The translations under genes were made by a program, and so were the position numbers. 64,000 nt of DNA from an uncultured Acidobacteriota bacterium. Lineage in GTDB: Bacteria; Acidobacteriota; Terriglobia; Acidiferrales; UBA7541. The notes below the pieces were generated by a model. That model was given only the letters and a program-made list of their open reading frames with translations, was not told where the DNA came from and ran no database searches. The number at the start of each line of letters is the position of its first letter. Within the stretch, counting starts at the first letter, position 1. The DNA lies in assembly GCA_963785605.1 (NCBI GenBank), contig CAWAWE010000001.1, positions 347,367 to 411,366 on the forward strand, in the 5' to 3' direction. Of the stretch, positions 11,041 through 18,911 are shown piece after piece.

Positions 11041-11946
11041 TCAATTCACGTAGACGTTGACTGCGATTCGATCGCCGGGATACCTGCGGTTATAGAGATA
11101 ATATCCCCCGCCGAAGTACTCGATAGAGACGTCGTCGTTGTCGTACCAGTCGTCCGACCAGTATTCGGGCCATGGATCAACAAGGCTGAACCAGTAGCCG
11201 CCGTACTGAAAACGAGGATAGCCGCTGACGACCACTACCGGTTGCCTGTAAATTCGGAAGTAGTGACTACGGCCAAAGGATCCCCGGTACCGATCGTCGG
11301 GTATGCGATAGCCACTATAGCCGCCTCGTTGCTGCCAGCTGCGGTGTTCCGATTGCCAGGTTCTTGCCCGATGTTGCTGCCAAACGTCCCGCTGTTCCTG
11401 ATTTGAACGCGAACGCATGTTGACGTCCCGTTCGCGCTGCTGTCTCTGCCTGCGCTGATCGTCATTTTGTGCTCGTTGTTGCTGTGCTCGCTGTTGCTCT
11501 CGATTTTGAACTTGCTGCTGCCGGCGATCATCTTGGACGCGTTGTTGCTGTGCCCGTTGCTGTTGCTGTGTTGCTGTTGTGCGGCCTGTTGCTGTCGATT
11601 TTGTTCGTTGTTGTCTGTCTCGATCTCGTTGCGCGCGTTGTTGCTGTTGTTGCTGTGCGGCCTGTTGCTGTCGATTTCGGTCTTGCTGACTGTCTCGATC
11701 TTGTGTGTGTCGTTGCTGTTGTTGCTGTGCAGCCTGTTGCTGTCGATTTCGATCCTGCGGGGCGCGCTGTTCTCTGCTCTGGTCTCGTTGCTTGTCTTGC
11801 GGTGGTGGCTGTGGTGCGGACTGTCGGTCCCGCTGCTGTTGCGCTTTATCTTTATCTTGATGGACTGGTTGCTGCGCGTAAGTCACAGCACAGGCACTTA
11901 GAACGAACAACACAACCGTACTCCTGACAAACTGAATAGGTTTCAT
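11041..11946 (-). CDS. Secreted Q/R-rich low-complexity protein with a conserved aromatic C-terminal domain
   Basis: 301 aa with a signal peptide, [26 protein letters not shown]. About 170 aa follow that are almost only Q/R/D, with internal repeats of [15 protein letters not shown]. The C-terminus is Y/W/G-rich ([60 protein letters not shown]). The DNA shows three repeats of about 70 nt at 11575-11760. Confidence 0.7.
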   Translation of the reverse strand: MKPIQFVRSTVVLFVLSACAVTYAQQPVHQDKDKAQQQRDRQSAPQPPPQDKQRDQSREQRAPQDRNRQQQAAQQQQQRHTQDRDSQQDRNRQQQAAQQQQQQRAQRDRDRQQRTKSTATGRTTATQQQQRAQQQRVQDDRRQQQVQNREQQRAQQQRAQNDDQRRQRQQRERDVNMRSRSNQEQRDVWQQHRARTWQSEHRSWQQRGGYSGYRIPDDRYRGSFGRSHYFRIYRQPVVVVSGYPRFQYGGYWFSLVDPWPEYWSDDWYDNDDVSIEYFGGGYYLYNRRYPGDRIAVNVYVN

Positions 11947-12123
11947 GACCTTCTCCGTCTTGCAGGTCGTCTCGTGGGGGGTGTCTACAAGCTAGTGCGT
12001 TGCAGAGAAGCCGGACATAAGCGCTAATGGGTACGGATGCAGGGGGTTTCCGGTAGAAACAAGAATTCCAGGAGAAGGCCCCTCTTGAGCTGCACCTCTG
12101 CCGAAGCGTTTGCCGGTCAGGAT

Positions 12124-12420
12124 TTACGGAGCTTTAGCGGCCATTTTCTTCTTTTTCGCGGCTATGGCCCGCAGCATCAGCGGGTGCGCTACCTTCAGAG
12201 TGGCAGCATGCGGCTTGAGGTGATCGTAAATCCAGCCCGTGAACATCGTCGCTTCCATCGCCGCGCTCCACGGCTGTGGCAGCGAGCGCATCCAGTGGTC
12301 CAACTCCAGACGTGTTGCGGAAATCGATCCCTCGGCATGAATCCGGCCACTGCTGTCCTTCACGCAGTAGCTGATCTTGCGCTTGTGAACATCCAGGCCG
12401 ATGTAATACATAGGTTGCAT
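12124..12420 (-). mobile_element. IS110-family transposase, N-terminal remnant only
   Basis: The 98-aa ORF begins MQPMYYIGLDVHKRKISYCVKD.., the DEDD/RuvC-like N-terminus typical of IS110 transposases. It ends after ..AHPLMLRAIAAKKKK. Full-length proteins of this family are about 340-400 aa, and I saw no continuation in the other two frames downstream. Confidence 0.75.
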
Positions 12421-12526
12421 GGGGGAGCCTCCTCGGTGTTTCTGAATCAGCGTCCGCTGAGTTCAGCTTTTCTACACCAAGCGCTCCTCCTTCGACCTAT
12501 ACATTCAAACTTATCGGGAGTTAGCC

Positions 12527-13690
12527 CTATCGGGTCGGCCATTGCCACGGTGGTTGGTCGATTCGCTTCGCGCCTACAATCCGGGTTTCACCGAACGTCT
12601 TTTCTAACCGAACGGAGTGACAACCGTTATCTTCATTCAAGGCCGCTATCAACTGAGCAGCATGTGTCACCACGATCATCTGGGATCTTTTCGCCGCTCG
12701 TGCGATCAGGCGAGCAAGGGGGCCAAGCAGACTCGGGTGCAGACTGGTCTCGGGTTCGTTTAGAACCATTAGGGAAGGAGGTCGCGTCGTCAGTAGGGCC
12801 GCGATCCAGAGGAGGTATCGCAGCGTTCCATCCGACAACTCGCCGCTATCCAGCGGCCTAAGCAAACCATGTTGTTTCATTTGAACGGTATAGCGCCCTG
12901 AGTTCGCAGCTATGACTACTTGGCTTCCAGGGAAAGCATCGTCAACCGCCGCGTCGAGTGCAGCACGATCGCCGAATTGTCGTATCGTTTCCAGCGCGGC
13001 GGCTACATCGCTTCCGTCATCACAAAGAACTGGCGTGTACGTCCCAACTTGCGGAGAGCGGGCTGGCGCACTAGCGTCAGTTCGGAAATGGTCGTAAAAC
13101 CTCCAGGCACGAATCGATTCTCGAAGGGTGAGCATTTCAGGCGCATCCTTCGGATCGGCGGCCTGCAACAACATCGTGTCAAATGGCGACAGGTGTTCGG
13201 CGACTACATTCCATTCACCGTCTTTGTTTCGGATTCGCACAACAGGTCCCCGGCGTTCGGCAAGAATCGTTGACGGACGGGGAAGAGGACCGTGCCAGAT
13301 ACACTCTTGCTTCACTACGGGATCGAGTTGCAGTGCCGTCGTGCCCGCAGCTGGAACACCCAAATCGATCAAATATCCGAAGGCGTCGCTTGCGAACCCG
13401 AGGCACAAATTTGCCCGGTCTCTTTTTAGGGTTCCCTCAACGGGATGCTCTCCCTGCTTTACCGAGCGCGAGATCGATTCGGGACCGGCCCAAAGGGTGG
13501 ATTGAAGGCCGCCTTCACGGGCCAGAGACGGTATAACGCGGCCCTGTGATGTATCCGCGAGTAAGCGAATTGCTCGATAGAGACTGGATTTACCACTTCC
13601 GTTGGCGCCGGTGACTACATTCAAATCCTTCAACGGTAGAACCAACTGTCGTAGTGATCGGTAGTTGGAAATTGCCAAGACGGTGAGCAC
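12527..13690 (-). CDS. Stand-alone AAA_21/ABC-like (SMC-head type) ATPase
   Basis: 387 aa. It has a Walker A motif (VTGANGSGKSSLYRAIRLL), a Walker B-like motif (SLMVLNEPETSLHPSLL) and an H-loop (MIVVTHAAQLI). It uses a GTG start. The stop abuts the 5-prime non-coding part of the IS110 remnant. Confidence 0.85.
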   Translation of the reverse strand: MLTVLAISNYRSLRQLVLPLKDLNVVTGANGSGKSSLYRAIRLLADTSQGRVIPSLAREGGLQSTLWAGPESISRSVKQGEHPVEGTLKRDRANLCLGFASDAFGYLIDLGVPAAGTTALQLDPVVKQECIWHGPLPRPSTILAERRGPVVRIRNKDGEWNVVAEHLSPFDTMLLQAADPKDAPEMLTLRESIRAWRFYDHFRTDASAPARSPQVGTYTPVLCDDGSDVAAALETIRQFGDRAALDAAVDDAFPGSQVVIAANSGRYTVQMKQHGLLRPLDSGELSDGTLRYLLWIAALLTTRPPSLMVLNEPETSLHPSLLGPLARLIARAAKRSQMIVVTHAAQLIAALNEDNGCHSVRLEKTFGETRIVGAKRIDQPPWQWPTR

Positions 13691-13736
13691 TGGGAGATTG
13701 TAATCCGACTGGTGAAGTCTTGATTAGTGCTTGATT

Positions 13737-13795
13737 AACGCCATAACCGGACATGTACCTGAGGACCAGTGCTCCACTTGTCCGGTAACGCGACT
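13737..13795. repeat. 59-nt intergenic hairpin repeat, copy 1
   Basis: AACGCCATAACCGGACATGTACCTGAGGACCAGTGCTCCACTTGTCCGGTAACGCGACT matches 17330-17388 at 53 of 59 positions. It contains the inverted arms CCGGACATGT / ACTTGTCCGG. Confidence 0.8.
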
Positions 13796-13942
13796 TATCG
13801 GGCACAGGCGTGCCGACTTCGTCATTTGCAACAAGCTTTGGTGAGTTCATCCCCCATTTTATTGTGAGCTTGATGAATCTAATAGGGAGGCCAATTTTTC
13901 AGCGCCAGAGAGGAGCAAGTCGGACTACGAGGATGTTCAGAT

Positions 13943-14632
13943 TCAACGCGCTCGCAGACTCTCGAACCATTCCTGGGCTTTAACGGCCGACCGAGGAACG
14001 CGGGAACGATTGAGTTTGTAAAGCTTCTTTCTGATACCGTGAAGCTCTTTCCCACTCTCGACGAATGGGATGAGCCGGGCCGCCTTACGTTGAAGCTTTG
14101 AACGGTGTTCTTTGAACCGGAATCCGTCATCTGGGCGATATTGTGCCCACGCTATCGAATGAACAAATCCAGAGGGACCAAATCGATCTGACGTAAGTAC
14201 TTGTTCAGCGAAAACCCTTACCGGTCCGGGAAACTGATTCAGTGCATCGTGGAATGCGACGACACCGTTCGGTACGAGGTACGGCAAGAAGGAATTGAGG
14301 TCATCACTTGCACCCTTAAAACTGTGATCACCATCGATCCATAGAATACGAATTGGGCGATTCCACGATTTAGCCACTTCTGTTGAATAATCAACCAGCG
14401 GCTCCACGAATTGCTCTACCGAATTCGACTTCAATGCATGGAGAAACTCTTGGTAAGACGAAGCCTTGGCAGCACCTGAATGATCCAAGAGAATGGGTGA
14501 GTTGTGCGGATCGATGGCAACAACCGGACCTCTGCCATAGTGAGACGCCACCTTCGCGAGCATCACCGTTGAACGTCCCTTGAAGCTTCCAATTTCAACT
14601 ATTGTGCCAGTAGCTGGAACACAGGCGGCCAA
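13943..14632 (-). CDS. Class I SAM-dependent methyltransferase (Methyltransf_24-like)
   Basis: The sequence GTIVEIGSFKGRSTVMLA..VVAIDPH..ILWIDGDHSFKGASDDLNSFLPYLVPNGVVAFHD is typical of this family. The open frame continues upstream to 14761 with a plausible N-terminus (..SSAWKATEKVPGHLQQNEALFLGILAA) but no ATG, GTG or TTG codon. A CTG at 14746 sits 7 nt after an AGGAGA motif. Confidence 0.8.
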   Translation of the reverse strand: MAACVPATGTIVEIGSFKGRSTVMLAKVASHYGRGPVVAIDPHNSPILLDHSGAAKASSYQEFLHALKSNSVEQFVEPLVDYSTEVAKSWNRPIRILWIDGDHSFKGASDDLNSFLPYLVPNGVVAFHDALNQFPGPVRVFAEQVLTSDRFGPSGFVHSIAWAQYRPDDGFRFKEHRSKLQRKAARLIPFVESGKELHGIRKKLYKLNRSRVPRSAVKAQEWFESLRAR

Positions 14633-14934
14633 GATGCCTAAAAACAGCGCTTCATTCTGCTGAAGATGTCCAGGGACCTTTTCGGTCGCTTTCCAGGCAC
14701 TGCTGAGAAGGGAGTCAAGATCAGCCGGTATGTTTATGATTGCCAGAGCAAATTCTCCTGTAAGCGATAGGATGGTTCAAGAAGTGCCCGCAGACCATCA
14801 AGGAAGCTTCTCCCGACGGCTGCCTTCAAGAATTAAGTGTAAGCGCAAAATGCTGAAAGGCTCATGGATTAAACGAGGGAGTCCGTGTCAAAGCACGTCG
14901 TGCCCTCAACCGTGATGGTCTGATGGAAAAGTCG

Positions 14935-15480
14935 TCATTGGGGTGCGATCACCGGACGGTGAGCGACATTCGCGAGTGATCTGTCGATCCCTTCGAGTTC
15001 GCCTCGCAGTTCCCCGAGCGTCATTTCCTCCGACCGGAGCCTTTGCTCCGCGTCGGCATGCTGCGCTCGGGCGGATTGCTCTTCGATCTGAAGGGCTTCA
15101 AGACGCGACCGGAACTCGGCGAGAGTTGTCTCTACAGCCTTCTTTTGCGCTGGTGGCGCGTCTTCGCTTGTTTGAAAGTCTTCGTCCTGTTTTATATTCT
15201 GCTCCACCATTTTGCGGTCAATCTGCACCCTATTCAGGGAAGCTTGAGTGTTATCGAAGCGCTGCGCTGCCCGAGCGACCGCCGCTTCTTCGTCTTGGAG
15301 TCGATAAACCAATATCTGTGCTCGCTGAGTGACAGCGTTCGTCATACGGAGATCCTCATGTATTTGTTGAACCTCTTTTAAAAGCGCTTGCAGGGTCTGA
15401 GAATCGCTCGTCCCTGTCTGGGCAAAGCAAGTGAGAGAAAAAATCACCAGCGTGGCAACACTCAGGATGATTCGGCGCAT
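14935..15480 (-). CDS. Secreted coiled-coil protein (hypothetical)
   Basis: The ATG at 15480 is preceded by GGAGG. The signal peptide is MRRIILSVATLVIFSLTCFAQT. The rest is heptad-like and E/Q/R-rich (..LEALQIEEQSARAQHADAEQRLRSEEMTLGELRGELE). The longer ORF reaching 15648 has an implausible N-terminus. Confidence 0.6.
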   Translation of the reverse strand: MRRIILSVATLVIFSLTCFAQTGTSDSQTLQALLKEVQQIHEDLRMTNAVTQRAQILVYRLQDEEAAVARAAQRFDNTQASLNRVQIDRKMVEQNIKQDEDFQTSEDAPPAQKKAVETTLAEFRSRLEALQIEEQSARAQHADAEQRLRSEEMTLGELRGELEGIDRSLANVAHRPVIAPQ

Positions 15481-15569
15481 CACAGCCTCCATAAAAGCAA
15501 CGATTCCTGCTGTTCGGATCGCGGCACACCATAACACAACGTCCACAGCCCCGTTGTCTTCTGCGACAC

Positions 15570-15587
15570 TGGTTAGAATACTAACCA
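15570..15587. promoter_or_regulatory. Perfect 7-4-7 palindrome TGGTTAG-AATA-CTAACCA in an AT-rich divergent intergenic region
   Basis: It lies between the divergent genes ending at 15480 (minus strand) and starting at 15846 (plus strand). It is a candidate operator. Confidence 0.25.
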
Positions 15588-15845
15588 AAATGTTCTCACT
15601 AGTGGCGAATCGCGGCCATCTTTCACCGCTTCTTTGCCATTTAGTCAAATCACTCCGCTTTGTGTGTTGAGCCCAAAAAACTATGGTTCGGCAGGTCCTT
15701 GGGATCGTCGTGCTCTTAAAAATAGAATATTAAGTGATTTGAAAGACAACCACCTTTAGCTTTTATACCTAATTGTTTATCACTGGCAGTAGAACGACTT
15801 CGCCCCCAAAGGGCGTCTCAATCCAAGGAGAAAGGTCGGGTCCCG

Positions 15846-16760
15846 ATGAATAATAAATGGTTGCTAGCAATCTTCATAGCACTGCTGACGCTCAGCATGA
15901 GTCCACGGTCTCAGGCTGCGATTCCTGTTTGCTTCGTCGCAGCCAATGGTCCCACGGGTCTAGCAGTCGATACCGCACACTCGTCGATCTGGGTCGCAAA
16001 CTGGAACGGCGGTACTGTGTCGGAAGTGGATCAGGTGGGTTGCGGCATCATTCGCTCGGTCCACGTTGGAGTGAACCCTGACGGTGTCGCCATTGGCGGT
16101 AACAACGTCTGGGTGGCTAACTTCGGCGGTAACACCGTCACGGAGATCAACTCCACTACCGGTGCCGTTATAAATACGTTTGCAGTCGGTTCGGGTCCCC
16201 GTGGGGTAGCTATAGACAACCAAGGTAAAGTTTGGGTTTCTAACTACAACAGCAACACAGTTACGGTGCTCAACGGTGGACCTATCGTGACACACACAAC
16301 TGGCTCCGGACCGTACTTCCTGACCTTCAACTCAACAGATGGAAACGTCTATGTTCCCAATCGGAACAGTAATACCGTCACCGTCATTAATTCCGTCTCT
16401 GGCGTCACAGTCAGGACCGTCCCCGTTCCGACCGAGCCGCAGTTTGCGACATCCAACGGAGTGTCCGTTTGGGTCAGTAGCTATAGCAGCGCGAAAATCT
16501 CGAATATCTCCACCTCCGGTGTTGTCACATCCGGTTCCGCTCCTCACAACAGCCCCACGGGAATTTCTGTCCAGGCCAGCACTATTTACGGTGCGGAGAA
16601 CAGCGGATGGGTATTTGAAATGAGTACCTCCACCCTAGTGGCGGGCGTGACAGCTCAGATTGGCAGCACGAACTACGACTGCGCCTGGGCATTCAACACG
16701 GGGACTCTTTGGGTCACCAATTTTGGTGGTAACCAACTGATCAAAGTTTCGGTACCGTAG
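15846..16760 (+). CDS. Secreted YVTN/NHL-like beta-propeller repeat protein
   Basis: 304 aa with the signal peptide MNNKWLLAIFIALLTLSMSPRSQA. It contains repeated units of about 42 aa of the form GP.G(L/V)A(V/I)D....(I/V)WV(A/S)N..(G/S)NTVT(E/V)(I/L)N. An AGGAGA ribosome-binding site precedes it. Confidence 0.8.
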   Translation: MNNKWLLAIFIALLTLSMSPRSQAAIPVCFVAANGPTGLAVDTAHSSIWVANWNGGTVSEVDQVGCGIIRSVHVGVNPDGVAIGGNNVWVANFGGNTVTEINSTTGAVINTFAVGSGPRGVAIDNQGKVWVSNYNSNTVTVLNGGPIVTHTTGSGPYFLTFNSTDGNVYVPNRNSNTVTVINSVSGVTVRTVPVPTEPQFATSNGVSVWVSSYSSAKISNISTSGVVTSGSAPHNSPTGISVQASTIYGAENSGWVFEMSTSTLVAGVTAQIGSTNYDCAWAFNTGTLWVTNFGGNQLIKVSVP

Positions 16761-16780
16761 CCAAGAAGAAGGAGAGGGAG

Positions 16781-16820
16781 GGGGAACTTCGCGACTGCGA
16801 AGCCCCTTTTCTTTTTTTTC
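16781..16820 (+). terminator. Rho-independent terminator after the beta-propeller gene
   Basis: The stem GGGGAACTTCGC-GACT-GCGAAGCCCC is followed by TTTTCTTTTTTTTC. Confidence 0.65.
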
Positions 16821-16886
16821 TTTTCTTTCAGGCCAACGCACGCTAGATGGCCGCAAGTCCGTTCATCCTTCACCGACATCACTGCC

Positions 16887-16906
16887 TGATTAACGCCGTT
16901 ACCGGT
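16887..16906. repeat. Partial (20-nt) copy of the 59-nt hairpin repeat, left end
   Basis: ctgattaacgccgttaccgg compares with cttgattaacgccataaccgg at 13730-13750. Confidence 0.45.
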
Positions 16907-16935
16907 AAAGTGGATCGGAGCAACGCGAGCCGCCA

Positions 16936-17301
16936 TCACCCACCGATCACAGTAATTTTGTATATGAGCAGAATGACTACGGCCGGCAGCGCGATCAATG
17001 CGGACAGTGTGTAGCGTCGGCAGAAGTACAAGGTCACGCCTGCCCAGCAGAAGCAAGCAGCTATTAAGGCGCCACCAACATACGGCGCAGCGACAGCGGC
17101 TGAGAAGCTCGTGCCAAGGATGTGCCTCAGCCGGAAGAACTCTCCTAGTGTCCTTATTACGATGAGGAATTGAACCGTATCCCTATCTGGGCCCAGCGTT
17201 CTCTGGTCACGGGGATATTCTAGCCGGATGTGCAACGCTCGGCGACAAATCGCCGTTACGCTCATCACACTGGGCACTGTCACTTCCCGCGAGGTCGCCA
17301 A
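16936..17301 (-). CDS. Hypothetical small membrane protein (weak call)
   Basis: 121-aa ORF with a TTG start. The C-terminal half is hydrophobic (AAVAAPYVGGALIAACFCWAGVTLYF..ALIALPAVVILLIYKITVIGG). I recognise no family. Confidence 0.3.
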   Translation of the reverse strand: MATSREVTVPSVMSVTAICRRALHIRLEYPRDQRTLGPDRDTVQFLIVIRTLGEFFRLRHILGTSFSAAVAAPYVGGALIAACFCWAGVTLYFCRRYTLSALIALPAVVILLIYKITVIGG

Positions 17302-17329
17302 AACGGAAGTAATCGCCTAAGTCCTGGTA

Positions 17330-17388
17330 AACGCCGTAACCGGACATGTGCCTGAGAACCAGTACTCCACTCGTCCGGTAACACGACT
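17330..17388. repeat. 59-nt intergenic hairpin repeat, copy 2
   Basis: AACGCCGTAACCGGACATGTGCCTGAGAACCAGTACTCCACTCGTCCGGTAACACGACT. AACGCCGT recurs at 17403-17410. Confidence 0.8.
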
Positions 17389-17434
17389 ATGGGGAATTAC
17401 CTAACGCCGTCGCACTAGGGTCCATTCCTCTTCT

Positions 17435-18844
17435 TCAGTTCCGTGGGAAGCTGTCGGCGGTGGCGGGGAGGGAGCCTTCCAGCATGGGGATGTTGAAATA
17501 TTGGGGTCGGGCTTTTTCCCAGGGGACCATGCTGAGGCCGGATGGATCGTAGAGGATGCGGCCGGCGCGAATCGTCATTCGCGCGACGATCTGCGATGTG
17601 CCTTCCATCTTGGCGTAGCCACTGTCAACGTAACCGAAGTGGCCGTGCAGTTCTTCGAGGACAGCGACGTCGGCCTCCTTGCCCAACGATAAAGTGCCAA
17701 GCTCGGGCCGGTGAATTTCGCGCGCCGGATTGACTGTGGAACGCCGGATCAAATCATTCAGCGGAACGCCCATGCTCAAGAATTTGGACATGACATTGCT
17801 CATGCTCACGATCGTGAAGTCTCCCGTGTGCAAATCCGTGGACATGGAATCGGGAATGAATCCCTGCTTGACGGCCGGCACCGCATTGCGAAACCAGAAA
17901 CTTCCCGCGCCGTGGCCGACATCGAAAATCACGCCGCGGTTTCGGGCCTGCTCCAAGATGGGATTGAGCTTGCCGTCCACGATGATGGGAAATTGCTGTG
18001 CGAACACATGGGTATGAATGTCGCCGGGGCGCGCCTTTTGCAGGATCAGATCCGCGTAAGTTCTTTCTGGGCGCGGCCAAAAATCGTACATCACCGGGAC
18101 CTTTGCGGCTTCGGCGCAGGCGATGGCCCGGTCCACCGCGGCCCACGTTGGATGCACTTCGTCTAAAGGTCTTTGGGTCCAGTAGTGAGCGGTTTTTACG
18201 CCGACAATGATGTCGGGATATTTCTGAATCGTGTCGGCGCAGCGCTTCACGTTCATCTGATCGACGCTTTGTTCCAAGCCACCTTTCATTCCGTCGGAGA
18301 CGATGTTGAGAAAGGCGAGCACGCGGACTTTTGCGTGGTCGATGACTTCTTCTTTCTCTTGTAAAAATGTGTCGGCGCCCGCGCTTCCGGCGTCCACGAT
18401 CGTCGTAACTCCGGACTGCAATGCGAGGTCGGCTGGAACTCCGTACGGAACGAGTGGTCCGCGAGGATCGGCGGATGCAAGGGTGGCTGCGGAGAGGACT
18501 TCGTGACTTGGTGCGTCGGGCGAGAACCAATTGAGCGGCGCGCCTCCGTGGCCGACGTGGTAATGAATATCGATCAGGCCGGGTGTGACGTAGAGGCCCG
18601 AGACGTCCACAACTTTGCCGGCTTGATTGGTGGGGATGTCCTTCTCGACGGCTGCGATCTTTCCTGAAGAAATGCCGACGTCCATCTTTGCGTCGATTCC
18701 GTTCGCTGGATCAATGACGTGGCCGCCTTTTAGGAGCAGATCGTAGCGCGGCGCCTGCGTCTGCGAGTCAGGAGTCTGCGCCCTCGCAACCAACACACAT
18801 AGAAATAATGCCGCGAGTAAAGTGGCTCGCACGGTTTTGCGCAT
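17435..18844 (-). CDS. Secreted amidohydrolase/deacetylase-family metallohydrolase
   Basis: 469 aa with the signal peptide MRKTVRATLLAALFLCVLVARAQT. The HxH motif is present (GLIDIHYHVGHGG). The family-typical C-terminus is GTLSLGKEADVAVLE. Confidence 0.85.
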   Translation of the reverse strand: MRKTVRATLLAALFLCVLVARAQTPDSQTQAPRYDLLLKGGHVIDPANGIDAKMDVGISSGKIAAVEKDIPTNQAGKVVDVSGLYVTPGLIDIHYHVGHGGAPLNWFSPDAPSHEVLSAATLASADPRGPLVPYGVPADLALQSGVTTIVDAGSAGADTFLQEKEEVIDHAKVRVLAFLNIVSDGMKGGLEQSVDQMNVKRCADTIQKYPDIIVGVKTAHYWTQRPLDEVHPTWAAVDRAIACAEAAKVPVMYDFWPRPERTYADLILQKARPGDIHTHVFAQQFPIIVDGKLNPILEQARNRGVIFDVGHGAGSFWFRNAVPAVKQGFIPDSMSTDLHTGDFTIVSMSNVMSKFLSMGVPLNDLIRRSTVNPAREIHRPELGTLSLGKEADVAVLEELHGHFGYVDSGYAKMEGTSQIVARMTIRAGRILYDPSGLSMVPWEKARPQYFNIPMLEGSLPATADSFPRN

Positions 18845-18911
18845 TTTGCAGTCCTCGGTTTCTTAGATGACCGGCTTCATGCCCAACTAAATATCATGAA
18901 TGTCGACGGCG

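Noticed and set aside
11467-11927. Leu/Cys-rich plus-strand ORFs opposite the Q/R-rich gene.
   Set aside because: They are the mirror image of the CAG/CGN-rich repeats. The minus-strand frame has a signal peptide, a start context and a folded-looking C-terminal module.
12037-12861. A 274-aa plus-strand ORF spanning the IS110 remnant and the ATPase 3-prime end.
   Set aside because: It lies antisense to two genes with clear family signatures, and its composition is not protein-like.
13737-13795. An integron attC-like recombination site, suggested by the imperfect hairpin with TAAC and GTTA words.
   Set aside because: The terminal TAAC words are direct, not inverted, so there is no RYYYAAC / GTTRRRY pairing. 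No intI integrase or attI is nearby.
13590-13850. An 86-aa ORF upstream of and overlapping the ATPase start.
   Set aside because: It consists largely of the translated hairpin repeat, has no ribosome-binding-site spacing, and overlaps the ATPase start out of frame.
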